A DNA stretch of 64,000 bases from Deltaproteobacteria bacterium (GCA_046583365.1 JAYGCL010000027.1:13311-77310), one strand, 5' to 3'; counted from the first letter of the stretch, positions 46,964 through 57,205 are shown. The notes: generated by a model not told the origin, from the sequence alone. A program made the numbers and translations.

Positions 46964-48093
46964 GCCAGCATCTCCCAAGCCAACCCCGCCGCCCGCCCCG
47001 CCGCACCCTTGGAGACCAGGACACCGGCAATGTCGGCCAGCTGCTCCGAGGCTGCGCGTCTTAAGTCCGCCGACTCAAGATAGGCGTTTATTGCGCGGCC
47101 AATGTTGGCCGCCGTTGCCCGTGATTGCACAAACTCGGGAACCACCTCTCGGCCTAGTATGATATTGGGCATGGCTACAAACGGCACCCTTACCAGTACC
47201 CGTGCGATGGCGTAGGAGCACGGCGACATCCGGTAGGAAACCACCATCGGCGTGCCAAGCAGTGCGCACTCGACCGTGGCCGTACCCGAAGTTACCGACA
47301 CCACATCACTGGCAGCGATAAGATTATACGTATCGCCGCCGACGATGGCGATGTCGAGCCCGCTGTCGGCAACCAGGCCTTCCAACAGCTGTGGGTCAAG
47401 GCCGGGGGCGCGGGCCAGGGCCAGGCCGACCTTGGAGTCCAACCCCCGCGCCGCATCCAACATCAATGGTAGCATCTGTTTTATCTCGCGGCTGCGGCTG
47501 CCGGGCATAAGTGTAACCACCAGAGCATCGGCGGGCAGGCCGTGCAGGGCCCGCGTCTGCGCGCCCGGGCGGGTCGCACATACATCCTCGGCCAGGGGGT
47601 GGCCCACAAAGTGCGTGTCGAGGCCGTGGCTGCGGTAGAGTTCCACCTCGAAGGGAAAGAGCGCGATCATACGGTCCACCCGTTTGCTGAGCTTGCCGAT
47701 ACGGCCACGGCGCCAGGCCCACACCTGGGGGCTGACATAGTAGAGCACCTTTACCCCGGCCCGTTTTGCCACCCTGGCCAGGGGCAGGTTGAAGTCTGGA
47801 AAGTCTACCAGCACGAGCAGGTCGGGGGGCCGCTGGGAGCGTAGATCGGCCTTGAGCATACGATAGCAACGCCTTATCCGCCCAAGGGCTCCCACCACCT
47901 CAACGATGCCCATCACCGACAGCTCGGAGATATCCACGCTGGTATGTACACCGGCACGTCGCATGGCCTCGCCACCGGTCCCGTAGATAAACGCCTGCGG
48001 CCTCGTCTCAAGCATGGCGGCGGCCAGACGGGCGGCCTGGGCATCGCCGGAGGCCTCCCCGGCCACCATCAAGATACGTGGGCCTTCGCGCAT
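46960..48093 (-). CDS. lpxB: Lipid-A-disaccharide synthase
   Basis: AGEASGD, DFPDFN, YVSPQVWAWR, FVGHPL, PGSR..E, SGTATVE. Confidence 0.96.
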   Translation of the reverse strand: MREGPRILMVAGEASGDAQAARLAAAMLETRPQAFIYGTGGEAMRRAGVHTSVDISELSVMGIVEVVGALGRIRRCYRMLKADLRSQRPPDLLVLVDFPDFNLPLARVAKRAGVKVLYYVSPQVWAWRRGRIGKLSKRVDRMIALFPFEVELYRSHGLDTHFVGHPLAEDVCATRPGAQTRALHGLPADALVVTLMPGSRSREIKQMLPLMLDAARGLDSKVGLALARAPGLDPQLLEGLVADSGLDIAIVGGDTYNLIAASDVVSVTSGTATVECALLGTPMVVSYRMSPCSYAIARVLVRVPFVAMPNIILGREVVPEFVQSRATAANIGRAINAYLESADLRRAASEQLADIAGVLVSKGAAGRAAGLAWEMLA

Positions 48094-48100
48094 CCCAAGC

Positions 48101-49054
48101 CTACTCGCCGGGAGTCTCCAGAGCTTCGATAACCCGGTCGGCCAACAGTAAAGCGGTAAGCCCCTCACGCGCGCCCACAACCGGGGCCGTGCCCGCAGAC
48201 ACACACTCGATAAAGGAACCAAGCTCGGCCCCCAGGGGGTCGGCGGTGTCGAAACCCTTCTCCTCCAACACTATGCGCTCCATGGGCGAGGCGTCCGCGG
48301 CCAGCTCCTTCTGATTGCGCCGGGCTATACGCACAGTCCCACCGTCAAAATCGACGGCCACGTAGGCCTCTTCCTGAAAAATCCGAAGCTTGCGTTCACG
48401 TTTGAGCGATACCCGGCTGGCCGTCACGTTGGCAATACAGCCACCATCAAACCGCAGACGGGCATTGGCGATATCCACGTTGCCGCTCAATACATCGACA
48501 CCAACGGCTTCCACCGAAACCACCTCGCGGCCCACCAGGAAGGAGATCAAGTCGAGGTCGTGGATCATCACGTCGTAGACTACGTTGGTGTCGCCGCCGC
48601 GGCCGGCAAACGGAGAAAGGCGGTGGCACTCGATGAAACGGGGGCGCTCGATAACACTGCGGACCTCGGCAAACACCGGGTTGAAGCGTTCGAGGTGACC
48701 AACCTGAAACACAATCGCGGCGGCTTCGGCGGCCTCGGCCAACCTCAGACCCTGGTGGCCGTCGGCGGCCATGGGTTTTTCCATCATGGTATGCACGCCG
48801 GCCTCTATGGCCTGCATGCCGACGACCAGATGGTCGCAGGTCGGTACCGCGATACTGACCACATCGACCCCTGCCAATAATTCGCCTACCGAAGCAGCGG
48901 CCTTACACCCGTACTTGTCGGCGACCTCGCGAGCGCGGTCGCCATCGGTGTCGAAGACCGCGCCCAACTCAACGTCTTTGTCGGCGGCATACTTGGACGC
49001 GTGCAGAGCCCCCAGGTAGCCGACCCCAATGACCCCTGCCCTTAACTCAGCCAA
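48101..49054 (-). CDS. Gfo/Idh/MocA oxidoreductase, GnnA-like
   Basis: GVGYLG..H..KY, EKP, VGHLERFNP, DVMIHDLD, NVTASRVS. Lies between lpxI and lpxB. Confidence 0.85.
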   Translation of the reverse strand: MAELRAGVIGVGYLGALHASKYAADKDVELGAVFDTDGDRAREVADKYGCKAAASVGELLAGVDVVSIAVPTCDHLVVGMQAIEAGVHTMMEKPMAADGHQGLRLAEAAEAAAIVFQVGHLERFNPVFAEVRSVIERPRFIECHRLSPFAGRGGDTNVVYDVMIHDLDLISFLVGREVVSVEAVGVDVLSGNVDIANARLRFDGGCIANVTASRVSLKRERKLRIFQEEAYVAVDFDGGTVRIARRNQKELAADASPMERIVLEEKGFDTADPLGAELGSFIECVSAGTAPVVGAREGLTALLLADRVIEALETPGE

Positions 49055-49877
49055 GACCGTTGACCTCCCCGCCCTCATCAAAGCCCACTACGCAAACACC
49101 TTCGGCCCGGGCTCTGGTTGTAAGTTCGTCACCTTCTAAAATGATCGCGACCCCGGCTTGCAGGGCCAACACCAGGGCCCCCGACCGGGCCATCGACTCG
49201 ATGGTACGCGGTCCCGCGGCCGGCACGTCAAAACGCAGGTCCTGTCCCTTCTTGGCCGCCTTGACCACCACCGCCTTGCCATGGGTAAAGCCGGCAGCAC
49301 GGCGAATCATCTCGTCGGTCCCCTCTATCGCTTCCACCGCCAACACCGCGCCGTTCTCGACCACCACGGCCTGGCCTATGTCGAGGTGGCCGATACCGGC
49401 CAGAGCCTCGACCCCAACACGAATGTCGGCCAGGGCCCGGGGCGGGGGAACAGGGCCGGCTATATGGCCGGACACCACCAACAGGCGTTCCAGGAACGTG
49501 GTCGAGGGAACGATCTGGATTCCTTCTTTTTCGAGTTCGGCGGCCAGGGCCCTCAACAGGGCGTCGTCGCCCAGGGAGACGGCTCGGGCCAGGAAGGCAA
49601 TGCCCCTTAAGTCGGGACGCAGTCTGGCCAGAGAACGGACCTTGTTGATGCCGCCGGCCATTACCGCCCGGCTTACCCCACGCCGTTGAAAAGCCCGGAT
49701 CATGGCGCCCAGTTGCCCCACCCTTATCCAATCAAGCGAGGCCACTTCCGAGGTCAGACGGTCGTCAGTCTCGCCGCGGTGGGCCACTGCGGCGACTTCA
49801 TAGCCACGTTTCTTTGCTTCGCGGGCAAAGGCCAGAGGGAAACTGCCGTTGCCCGCTATGAGACCGATCATCTCCAT
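49047..49877 (-). CDS. lpxI: UDP-2,3-diacylglucosamine pyrophosphatase LpxI
   Basis: IGLIAGNGSFP, DIGQAVVV, AVEAIEGTD, QDLRFDVP. Confidence 0.93.
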   Translation of the reverse strand: MEMIGLIAGNGSFPLAFAREAKKRGYEVAAVAHRGETDDRLTSEVASLDWIRVGQLGAMIRAFQRRGVSRAVMAGGINKVRSLARLRPDLRGIAFLARAVSLGDDALLRALAAELEKEGIQIVPSTTFLERLLVVSGHIAGPVPPPRALADIRVGVEALAGIGHLDIGQAVVVENGAVLAVEAIEGTDEMIRRAAGFTHGKAVVVKAAKKGQDLRFDVPAAGPRTIESMARSGALVLALQAGVAIILEGDELTTRARAEGVCVVGFDEGGEVNGLG

Positions 49878-49895
49878 GCGTACAGGCCGGGCCGG

Positions 49896-50672
49896 CTAGG
49901 GACGGCAGACGCCGCGTTCGGAAGCCTTGATGAAGTCGGCAAGGGCGGTGACCTCTGCCGACCCGCCGTGTTCGTCGGCCAGACGGACCAGCGCATCCTC
50001 AAGCCTCAGCGAAGACTGGAACACGGTACGGTAGGCCTCCCTCAACTCTTTTATCTGCCCGCTGCTGAGCCCGCGGCGCTGAAGGCCCACAACGTTGAGC
50101 CCCCGCAAACTGGCACGGTCCCCGGCAGCCAGACAAAAGGGTGGAACATCCAGACTCACCATTGCACCGCCGGCAAGTATGGCCGAAGAGCCGATACGAA
50201 CGTACTGGTGTACGGCTACCAACCCCCCGATGATGGCATAGTCGTCCACGCTGACATGGCCGGCTAGGGTGCCGGCGTTGGCCAACACCACACCGTCGCC
50301 TACGCAACAGTCGTGGGCAACGTGGGAGTAGGCCATGAGCAGGACATTGCTGCCCACGCGGGTTACTCCACCGCCGCCGACGGTGCCGCGGTTTATGCTG
50401 GCAAATTCCCGGATGACGTTGTTGTCGCCGATTTCCAGCCTCGTCGGCTCCCCCCCGTATTTAAGGTCCTGGGGAGGCGATCCAATAGAAGCAAACGAGG
50501 AAATACGGTTACGCTCCCCAATCCGTGTGGGGCCTTCGATGACCGCGTGCGACCCGAGGCTGGAGCCGTCGCCGATCTGGACTTCCGCGCCCACCACCGC
50601 ATAAGCGCCGATCTCAACCCCCACCCCGACCTCGGCCTTGGGGTCTACGACTGCAGTGGGGTGGACGGCCAT
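49896..50672 (-). CDS. lpxA: UDP-GlcNAc acyltransferase
   Basis: VHPTAVV hexapeptide repeats, PQDLKY, RGT, HVAHDC, LAGHV, VHQ, DVPPF. Confidence 0.96.
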   Translation of the reverse strand: MAVHPTAVVDPKAEVGVGVEIGAYAVVGAEVQIGDGSSLGSHAVIEGPTRIGERNRISSFASIGSPPQDLKYGGEPTRLEIGDNNVIREFASINRGTVGGGGVTRVGSNVLLMAYSHVAHDCCVGDGVVLANAGTLAGHVSVDDYAIIGGLVAVHQYVRIGSSAILAGGAMVSLDVPPFCLAAGDRASLRGLNVVGLQRRGLSSGQIKELREAYRTVFQSSLRLEDALVRLADEHGGSAEVTALADFIKASERGVCRP

Positions 50673-50682
50673 CGTCGTAGTC

Positions 50683-51207
50683 CTACTCGGTCGCCACCGC
50701 GCTGTTAGCCGAGGCAATCACCGCCTCGGTCACATCCGCCTTTCCGGAAGCGTGCAAGAGAATGCTGGCATCCAGAATCAGATCATAGCCGTTTTCTCTG
50801 CCGTAAGTCTCGATGGCCTCCTGCAGGCGCAGGTTGACCTTCCTCATAACGTCGGCTTCGGCCTTCTGCAGGGTGCGTTGGAAGTCCTCCTGCAGGCGTT
50901 TGGCTTCGCGCAACTGACGCTCGTGCTCTTCGCCGGCCTTTTCCTTTTCGGTCGCGCTCAACACCATTGCGCGCTTGCGTACATCCTCGACAAAGTCCCT
51001 TATTTCGGAAAGCTTGTTGTCCAGTTCTTCCTGCATGGCATTCTTTTTTGCCCGCATCTCATTGGCAGCCGCCTTGCCGATCTCGGTCTCGGCCAGCAGC
51101 CTGGGTACGATGATATACCCGATCTTCAGTTCGTCGGCGGCGGCACTGCCCCCCAGGACCGGCAGCAGCACGCAAGCAAACATAACAACAAATTTCTTTA
51201 TCGGCAT
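50683..51207 (-). CDS. skp: OmpH/Skp periplasmic chaperone
   Basis: Signal peptide, LKIGYI, long coiled coil, GYDLILD..DVT. Follows bamA. Confidence 0.9.
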   Translation of the reverse strand: MPIKKFVVMFACVLLPVLGGSAAADELKIGYIIVPRLLAETEIGKAAANEMRAKKNAMQEELDNKLSEIRDFVEDVRKRAMVLSATEKEKAGEEHERQLREAKRLQEDFQRTLQKAEADVMRKVNLRLQEAIETYGRENGYDLILDASILLHASGKADVTEAVIASANSAVATE

Positions 51208-51232
51208 TTTCCCTCCAAAAACTTCATGAAAA

Positions 51233-53596
51233 TTAAAACGGCGCCCCGAACGAGAACGAGACTACACTTGAACTCTCTCCGACCTCAGGATCCAGCGGGT
51301 AGCCCACCTCAATACGCAGGGGGCCCATCGGTGACAACCAGCGTATTCCCCACCCGACCGCGTAGCGCAGTTTGCCAAGGTCGATGCCGTCGGCCGCCGT
51401 GAAAGCGTTGCCGGCGTCAAAAAACGCCACGGCATTGAGCCCTGCCTCAGGAAAGATCGGAAAAATGAGTTCATTATTCAAAATCAGTTGCTGGCTGCCG
51501 CCAACGCTCTCGCTGACGTAGCTGAGGCCATCGTCCTCCCTGAACTCTTCGGTCGGCCCAAGGCTGCGGTCGTCAAAACCCCGCACCGACCCGATACCGC
51601 CCGGAAAATAACGTTCGAACAGAGGCAACTCCTCACCGCTGGCACCACTGTCACCCACACCGAAGGCAAGGCGGGCACCAATCGAGTATACGAGTTTGGT
51701 ACCCGCCTTTGTCTCCCAAACCGGGCGGAACCAGCGGCCGGATAGCTCAAGCTTGACGAACTCGCTGTTGCCGCCAAGGCCGGCAAATTCGGCCGACAAC
51801 ACCTGCCGTGACCCCCGCGTCGGGTTAAATGGATGGTCAACGGTATTGCGAACCAGGGTCGGCTTGATGCTGCTGGTAAGCCGCTTGCCCTCTTCGGCTT
51901 TGACGCTGGCGGGCGCCGCACGGCGGACGCCGTCGATCTCGGCCTCTTCAAGGCGGTACTCAATGCCGGCCCTTATGCGCTCCAGAGAAAGCCAGGCCGG
52001 TGAAGAAATGCCGAGATTCCTAAGCGGGTAGGAAGCCCTCAGCGAGAGCCCGGTACCACCACGTGTGAAGCGGTCGAACTGGACCTGCCAGTCGAAAATA
52101 TCAAACCCCAGGCTGAGGGGATAGCCCCCGAACCACGGCTCGGTAAAACTGAATTGGAAGTTTTGCCGGATGCTCCCCACATCGGTGTTGAGCACCAGCG
52201 ATTGTCCACGCCCGAACAGGTTGCGCTCGGCAATGCGCGCGTTGAACAGCAGGCTGTCGGCCGAGCTGAACCCGGCGCCAGCTGAGAACGACCCGGTGCG
52301 CCCCTCTTTGACCTCAACCAGCAGGTCTACCTCGTCCTCTTTCTCGGTACGCGAGGTCGACAAATCTACGGTGTCGAAAAATCCCGTACGCCGCACGGCG
52401 TCTTTGCTATCGGTAAGACCGGTCCCGGAGAACTTCTGTCCTTCCTGTATCTCCAGTTCCCGTCTGACCACATGCTCGCGGGTTTTGGTGTTGCCCCTTA
52501 TCTCGATACGCCGTACCGACACCACCGGACCGCTCTCAAAACGGAAGACGATATCCACCCGGGGCTCAGTCCTGCTCGAACGGGTTTGCGGTGTGATGTT
52601 GGCAAAGGCGTAGCCCAGGTTGCCGTAGGCCTCGGTAAGGTCGAATACCGATTGTCTGAGTTCACTGGCCTTAAAGACCTCTCCCTCGTGGAGGCCGGCC
52701 ACGCGTAAAAGGACCTCCTCCTCCAGAAACATATCGCCCTCAAACCCCACCGAACCAATCTCGAAGCGTGGCCCCTCTTCAACTCGCAGGATAACGACCA
52801 GGCCATCGCCCTCCCTTTCCACCAGGGGTTCGTCAACGCGCACCTGTATATAACCCTCGTCGTAATAGAAGGCCCCTATACGCTCGACGTCGGTGGCCAG
52901 TTCATCCTCGTTGAGCAGGCCGGCCCCGGTGATCCATGATAAGAACCACGCCTTACGGGTTGTCATGAGCTTGCGTAGCTTGCGGGTCTTGAAAGCCCTG
53001 ACCCCTTCAAAGCGGATGTCCTCGATGCGTATAAGTTCGCCCTCGACTACCGTGTAAGCGATGGTCGCCGTATTGTCGGGGCCGGCTGTTAACTCATAGT
53101 CGACGTCGGCATCCGGATAGCCTTCGCTCGAATAGAGCTTGCGGGCCTGCTCCAATCCTTCCCAGGCTTTTTGGGGATCAAAGATGGAGCGGGCGACCAC
53201 ACCGATCACGGCCTCGAGGTCTTCGACGACAACCTTGTCCACCCCCTCAAACGTCAACTCGGTAACGTAGGGACGCTCTGTCACGTGGTAGGCTACTCTG
53301 ATGCCGTCGGCCGAATCCTCTGCGCTCACCCACACCTGGTCAAAAAGGCCCATCGAGTAGATCTCTTTGATGTCGGCGTCCACCTGTTTCTCGTCCAGGG
53401 GCTCGCCCACGGCCAATCCAACGTGGACGTCGATAGCGGCGGTCTCCACACGACTGTTGCCGACAACAATAATTTCAAGAATCGTAAGAACCGTCTGCTC
53501 GGGCGGGCCGACCTCGTCCACACCCCCGGCGGCAACGCCGGCAAACGGCAGCAGGAGACCCGACAGCAGCACCAATGTGGACAGGGACCTCTTCAT
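51233..53596 (-). CDS. bamA: Outer membrane protein assembly factor BamA
   Basis: Five POTRA-like repeats (GNSRVE, GNTKTR..VRREL), NLFGRGQ, VRGF, SPMGPL and a terminal Phe. Confidence 0.96.
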   Translation of the reverse strand: MKRSLSTLVLLSGLLLPFAGVAAGGVDEVGPPEQTVLTILEIIVVGNSRVETAAIDVHVGLAVGEPLDEKQVDADIKEIYSMGLFDQVWVSAEDSADGIRVAYHVTERPYVTELTFEGVDKVVVEDLEAVIGVVARSIFDPQKAWEGLEQARKLYSSEGYPDADVDYELTAGPDNTATIAYTVVEGELIRIEDIRFEGVRAFKTRKLRKLMTTRKAWFLSWITGAGLLNEDELATDVERIGAFYYDEGYIQVRVDEPLVEREGDGLVVILRVEEGPRFEIGSVGFEGDMFLEEEVLLRVAGLHEGEVFKASELRQSVFDLTEAYGNLGYAFANITPQTRSSRTEPRVDIVFRFESGPVVSVRRIEIRGNTKTREHVVRRELEIQEGQKFSGTGLTDSKDAVRRTGFFDTVDLSTSRTEKEDEVDLLVEVKEGRTGSFSAGAGFSSADSLLFNARIAERNLFGRGQSLVLNTDVGSIRQNFQFSFTEPWFGGYPLSLGFDIFDWQVQFDRFTRGGTGLSLRASYPLRNLGISSPAWLSLERIRAGIEYRLEEAEIDGVRRAAPASVKAEEGKRLTSSIKPTLVRNTVDHPFNPTRGSRQVLSAEFAGLGGNSEFVKLELSGRWFRPVWETKAGTKLVYSIGARLAFGVGDSGASGEELPLFERYFPGGIGSVRGFDDRSLGPTEEFREDDGLSYVSESVGGSQQLILNNELIFPIFPEAGLNAVAFFDAGNAFTAADGIDLGKLRYAVGWGIRWLSPMGPLRIEVGYPLDPEVGESSSVVSFSFGAPF

Positions 53597-54288
53597 GCGT
53601 CGGCCGTTTCCTCTTCCAACACACCGCCAGTCAACCTCAGCGTCCTGGTCATAGTGAAAGCCAGGGTCCGGCTGTGGGTGGCCACCACCAACGCACACCC
53701 TACCTCCTGGGACATTTCCACAAGCAAGCGCTGCACACCGTCGGCCGAGGCCGGGTCGAGATTACCGGTGGGTTCATCGGCAATAAGAAGCCGGGGCCTG
53801 TGCACCACCGCGCGTGCCACCGCAACCCGTTGCTGTTCACCACCCGAGAGTTCTCCCGGACGGTGGTCGAGACGTTGGCCCAGCCCCATCTGCTCGAGCA
53901 CCTCGGTCGCCCGCTTGCGCGCCCGTCCACGGCTCTGGCCGCCTATCAAAAGAGGCATCATTACATTTTCGACCGCGTCAAAATCTCCAAGCAGATGATG
54001 GAACTGAAATACGAAGCCGACGTCACGGCTTCTGAGTTGGGCCAACTCTCTTGAATCGAGACCCGCCAGCACCCTCCCCGCCACACTCACACAACCGTCA
54101 TCACAAGGGTCGAGAGCACCGAGTACGTGCAGCAAGGTACTCTTGCCCACCCCCGACTCGCCGACTATGCCAACGCTTCGACCGGCTTCCACGCTGAGGT
54201 CGAGACCACGCAAGACTTCGATACGGCGCTCACCGTCGTCGTAACTACGCCAGACTCCCTCGGCGCTTAAAACCGTTGAGTCACTCAT
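53593..54288 (-). CDS. lolD: Lipoprotein-releasing ABC ATPase
   Basis: GESGVGKST, GFVFQFHHLL, LSGGEQQRVA, ADEPTGNLD. Confidence 0.93.
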   Translation of the reverse strand: MSDSTVLSAEGVWRSYDDGERRIEVLRGLDLSVEAGRSVGIVGESGVGKSTLLHVLGALDPCDDGCVSVAGRVLAGLDSRELAQLRSRDVGFVFQFHHLLGDFDAVENVMMPLLIGGQSRGRARKRATEVLEQMGLGQRLDHRPGELSGGEQQRVAVARAVVHRPRLLIADEPTGNLDPASADGVQRLLVEMSQEVGCALVVATHSRTLAFTMTRTLRLTGGVLEEETADA

Positions 54289-55525
54289 AACGTAGAACCT
54301 CTACGGGTACGACCTTGGCGGCTTTCCAGGCAGGGAACAGACAGGCCCCCAGGCAGATCACCACCGAAGCGGCCGCCACCACCAGGAAGTTGGCCGCTAC
54401 TATGCGCACCGGCAGCGTGGAGACGTAGAACACCCCTTCGGGAAGGTCGATGAACTCATAGCGGGCCAGAGCCAGGCAGGTCGCATAGCCCAGCAGCACA
54501 CCCGACAGGGTGCCCAGCACACCGATGAGCAACCCCTTGCAAACAAAGATCAAGGCTATGCTGCGGTCGCTGGCCCCCATGGTTTTGAGTACCGCTATGT
54601 CACGGCGTTTTTCCATCACCACCATATAAAGGCTGGCGACTATGGTGAAGGCAGAAACCAGAACGATGAGCAGCAATACCAGGAAGTAGACCGTTTTCTC
54701 CAGCTTCAAGGCCGCAAACACGTTGCGGTGGGCATCGGTCCAGCTTTCCACCCAATAGGGCATGCCGAGACGGTCGTTGAGCCTCGCGGCCACTACGGGT
54801 GCCAGGTAGGGGTCGACGAGCCTGGCCTCGATGGCGGTTGAGCCCACGCCCAGGTCGAGCAGACGGCGGGCCTCGCCGATGTCCATGTAGATGAGCCCGG
54901 CATCGTACTCGACCATGCCCGAGTCGTACAGTGCGACGACCACAAACCTGCGGCTGTTGGGCAGGATTCCAAACGGGCTCACCCCGAACCTGGGGGCCGT
55001 AACCCTGACCACCTCGCCCATCCCAACGCCGAGACGACGGGCAAGCTCGCGCCCTATCATCAGCCCCGGCAGGCTGGCCTCGCCCACCGGGTGGCGGCCA
55101 CCGATACTCTCGATGCTGCCTTCTTTTAGGAATTCGGCCATACCGGCGGTACTCGAGCCCGAGGCCAGGTCCACCCCCCTCACGTGAACCCCGGCCAAGC
55201 GCTCACCGACGGCCACCATCACCTGGGCGGTGACCACCGCGGCCGCTTCGGCCACGTCGGGGTCGTCGGCAACCAGGGCCGCGAGGTCGACGGCCTCTCC
55301 ACCCATGCCCTCACCCAGAACCACTCCCACACGCAGGTGCGGGTGGAGGCCGAGGATGCGGGCGCGCAGGTCTTCTTCAAAGCCGGTCATGACGGCCAGC
55401 ACCACGGTCAAAACCATCACACCGAGCAGCACGCTGAGGGTGGAAATAATCGTGATGACGGAGACGAAGGCCTCCCGCCGTCGCGAGCGCAGATAGCGCA
55501 GGCCGACGAACAGTTCCCAGTTCAT
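54281..55525 (-). CDS. Lipoprotein-releasing ABC permease LolC/E
   Basis: LRYLRSRR..FVS, VLAVMTGF, EKRRDIAVLKTMGA, PAWKAA..P.EVLRYE. Confidence 0.93.
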   Translation of the reverse strand: MNWELFVGLRYLRSRRREAFVSVITIISTLSVLLGVMVLTVVLAVMTGFEEDLRARILGLHPHLRVGVVLGEGMGGEAVDLAALVADDPDVAEAAAVVTAQVMVAVGERLAGVHVRGVDLASGSSTAGMAEFLKEGSIESIGGRHPVGEASLPGLMIGRELARRLGVGMGEVVRVTAPRFGVSPFGILPNSRRFVVVALYDSGMVEYDAGLIYMDIGEARRLLDLGVGSTAIEARLVDPYLAPVVAARLNDRLGMPYWVESWTDAHRNVFAALKLEKTVYFLVLLLIVLVSAFTIVASLYMVVMEKRRDIAVLKTMGASDRSIALIFVCKGLLIGVLGTLSGVLLGYATCLALARYEFIDLPEGVFYVSTLPVRIVAANFLVVAAASVVICLGACLFPAWKAAKVVPVEVLRYE

Positions 55526-55534
55526 GGCCTGGGC

Positions 55535-57070
55535 CTAGCCCCGCCTCTCGGGTCTGAGTTGCGGGAAGAGAATGACTTCGCGGATAGAGGTGCAACCGGT
55601 CAGCACCATCACCAGACGGTCTATGCCTATGCCCTCGCCGGCAGTGGGCGGCATGCCGTACTCGAGAGCACGTATAAAGTCTTCGTCCATCATATGGGCC
55701 TCGTCGTCGCCGGCCTCTCGCAGGCGTAGCTGTTCGTCAAAACGGGTTCTCTGTTCTACCGGGTCGTTGAGTTCCGAGAAACCGTTGGCCACCTCTTTGC
55801 CCGCTATGTACAGCTCGAAGCGGTCAACAAACCTCGGGTCTGCATCGTTGGCCCTGGCCAGTGGTGACACCTCCACCGGGAAACGGGTTACAAAGGTGGG
55901 CTGGACGAGCTTTTCTTCGGCAACCTCCTCAAAGACATCGGCGAGCAGGCCCAGCCCGGCCTTGCGGTGTTCTTTGTCGAGGCCAAGGCTGTCGGCATAG
56001 CTCTCCAGGGCGGCTACGTCTTCGGCCTCGGCGGCCGACAAAGGTGAATATTCGGCCACGGCCTCGGCCATGGTCACGCGGTGAAAGGGGGCGGAAAAGT
56101 CCAGTTCGAAGTCTCCGTAAGTGGCCTTGGTACTGCCGCCGTTTACATCCCGGGCCAGGGCGCAGAGCATTTCCTCGGTCATGGCCATGAGGTCGTCGTA
56201 GGTCGCATAGGCCTGGTAGAACTCACACATGGTGAATTCCGGGTTGTGCTCGGTCGAGATCCCCTCGTTGCGGAAGTTGCGGTTGAGTTCGAAAACCCGC
56301 TCAAAGCCACCGACCACCAGGCGTTTCAAATACAGTTCGGGGGCCACCCGCAGATACATATCCAGGGACAAGGCATTGTGGTGGGTCACAAAAGGCCTGG
56401 CCGCCGCCCCGCCGGCTATGTGTTGCATCATCGGCGTTTCGACCTCCAAAAACCCCCTCGCGTCCAGAAACTTTCTTATGCCGGCTACAATGCGGGCCCG
56501 GTCGCGAAAAGTTTTGCGCACATCCTCGTTTACGATGAGGTCAACGTAGCGGCGGCGGTAGCGCATTTCGACGTCGCTCAGTCCGTGCCATTTCTCGGGC
56601 AGCGGCCGCAGCCCCTTGGACAGCAGGCGCAGGCTTGAAGCCCTCAGCGTCAACTCCCCGGTCCTGGTCCTGAACAGGCCCCCCTCGGCAGCCACAATAT
56701 CACCGGCATCCAAGGCCTTTACGGTGGCGTAGGCCTCTGCGAGTTCCGACTTGCTGGCAAACCACTGCAGGGTTGCACCGCCATCACGCACCGTCACGAA
56801 GGTGGACTTTCCGAAGCTACGCACAGCCATGACCCGGCCGGCCACGCGGTAGGTTTCGCTCTGGGCCTCTACCGCCTCACCATCGAGCGAGGCGAAACGC
56901 CGATGGAGTTCGGCAAAGTCCGCATTGGGAGAGAAATCGTTGGGGAATACCGTAGCGCCGCCGGCTTGCTCACGCAGGGCGGCCAGTTTGGCACGGCGCA
57001 CCGATACCTGTTGTTCTTCCTTTGCCGGAGCTGTTGAACCCGGTTGGCTCTCTGGCCGCTTGTTGGCCAC
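55535..57070 (-). CDS. lysS: Lysine--tRNA ligase (class II)
   Basis: LPEKWHGL..RYRRRYVDL, GGAAARPF, FRNEGIS..HNPEF, YGMPPTAGEGIGIDRL. GTG start at 57070. Confidence 0.97.
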   Translation of the reverse strand: MANKRPESQPGSTAPAKEEQQVSVRRAKLAALREQAGGATVFPNDFSPNADFAELHRRFASLDGEAVEAQSETYRVAGRVMAVRSFGKSTFVTVRDGGATLQWFASKSELAEAYATVKALDAGDIVAAEGGLFRTRTGELTLRASSLRLLSKGLRPLPEKWHGLSDVEMRYRRRYVDLIVNEDVRKTFRDRARIVAGIRKFLDARGFLEVETPMMQHIAGGAAARPFVTHHNALSLDMYLRVAPELYLKRLVVGGFERVFELNRNFRNEGISTEHNPEFTMCEFYQAYATYDDLMAMTEEMLCALARDVNGGSTKATYGDFELDFSAPFHRVTMAEAVAEYSPLSAAEAEDVAALESYADSLGLDKEHRKAGLGLLADVFEEVAEEKLVQPTFVTRFPVEVSPLARANDADPRFVDRFELYIAGKEVANGFSELNDPVEQRTRFDEQLRLREAGDDEAHMMDEDFIRALEYGMPPTAGEGIGIDRLVMVLTGCTSIREVILFPQLRPERRG

Positions 57071-57119
57071 GTGTAGGCGTTTCCCCGACGAGCATCCGAG
57101 GAATCTCGGAGCGCGGGCA

Positions 57120-57205
57120 AACCTAACCCGGCCTCCCCAGGCAGTCAACCAGGTGGAGCGGCCCGGTAGTTGAATTGCGCCCCGAACTTACCTACCCTCA
57201 CGCTT
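57120..57205. promoter_or_regulatory. Divergent lysS and gspC promoters
   Basis: Minus strand: TTGACT(57148-57143)-17 nt-TAGGTT(57125-57120). Plus strand: TTGAAT(57170)-17 nt-TACCCT(57193-57198), 7 nt, GTG 57206. Confidence 0.65.
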
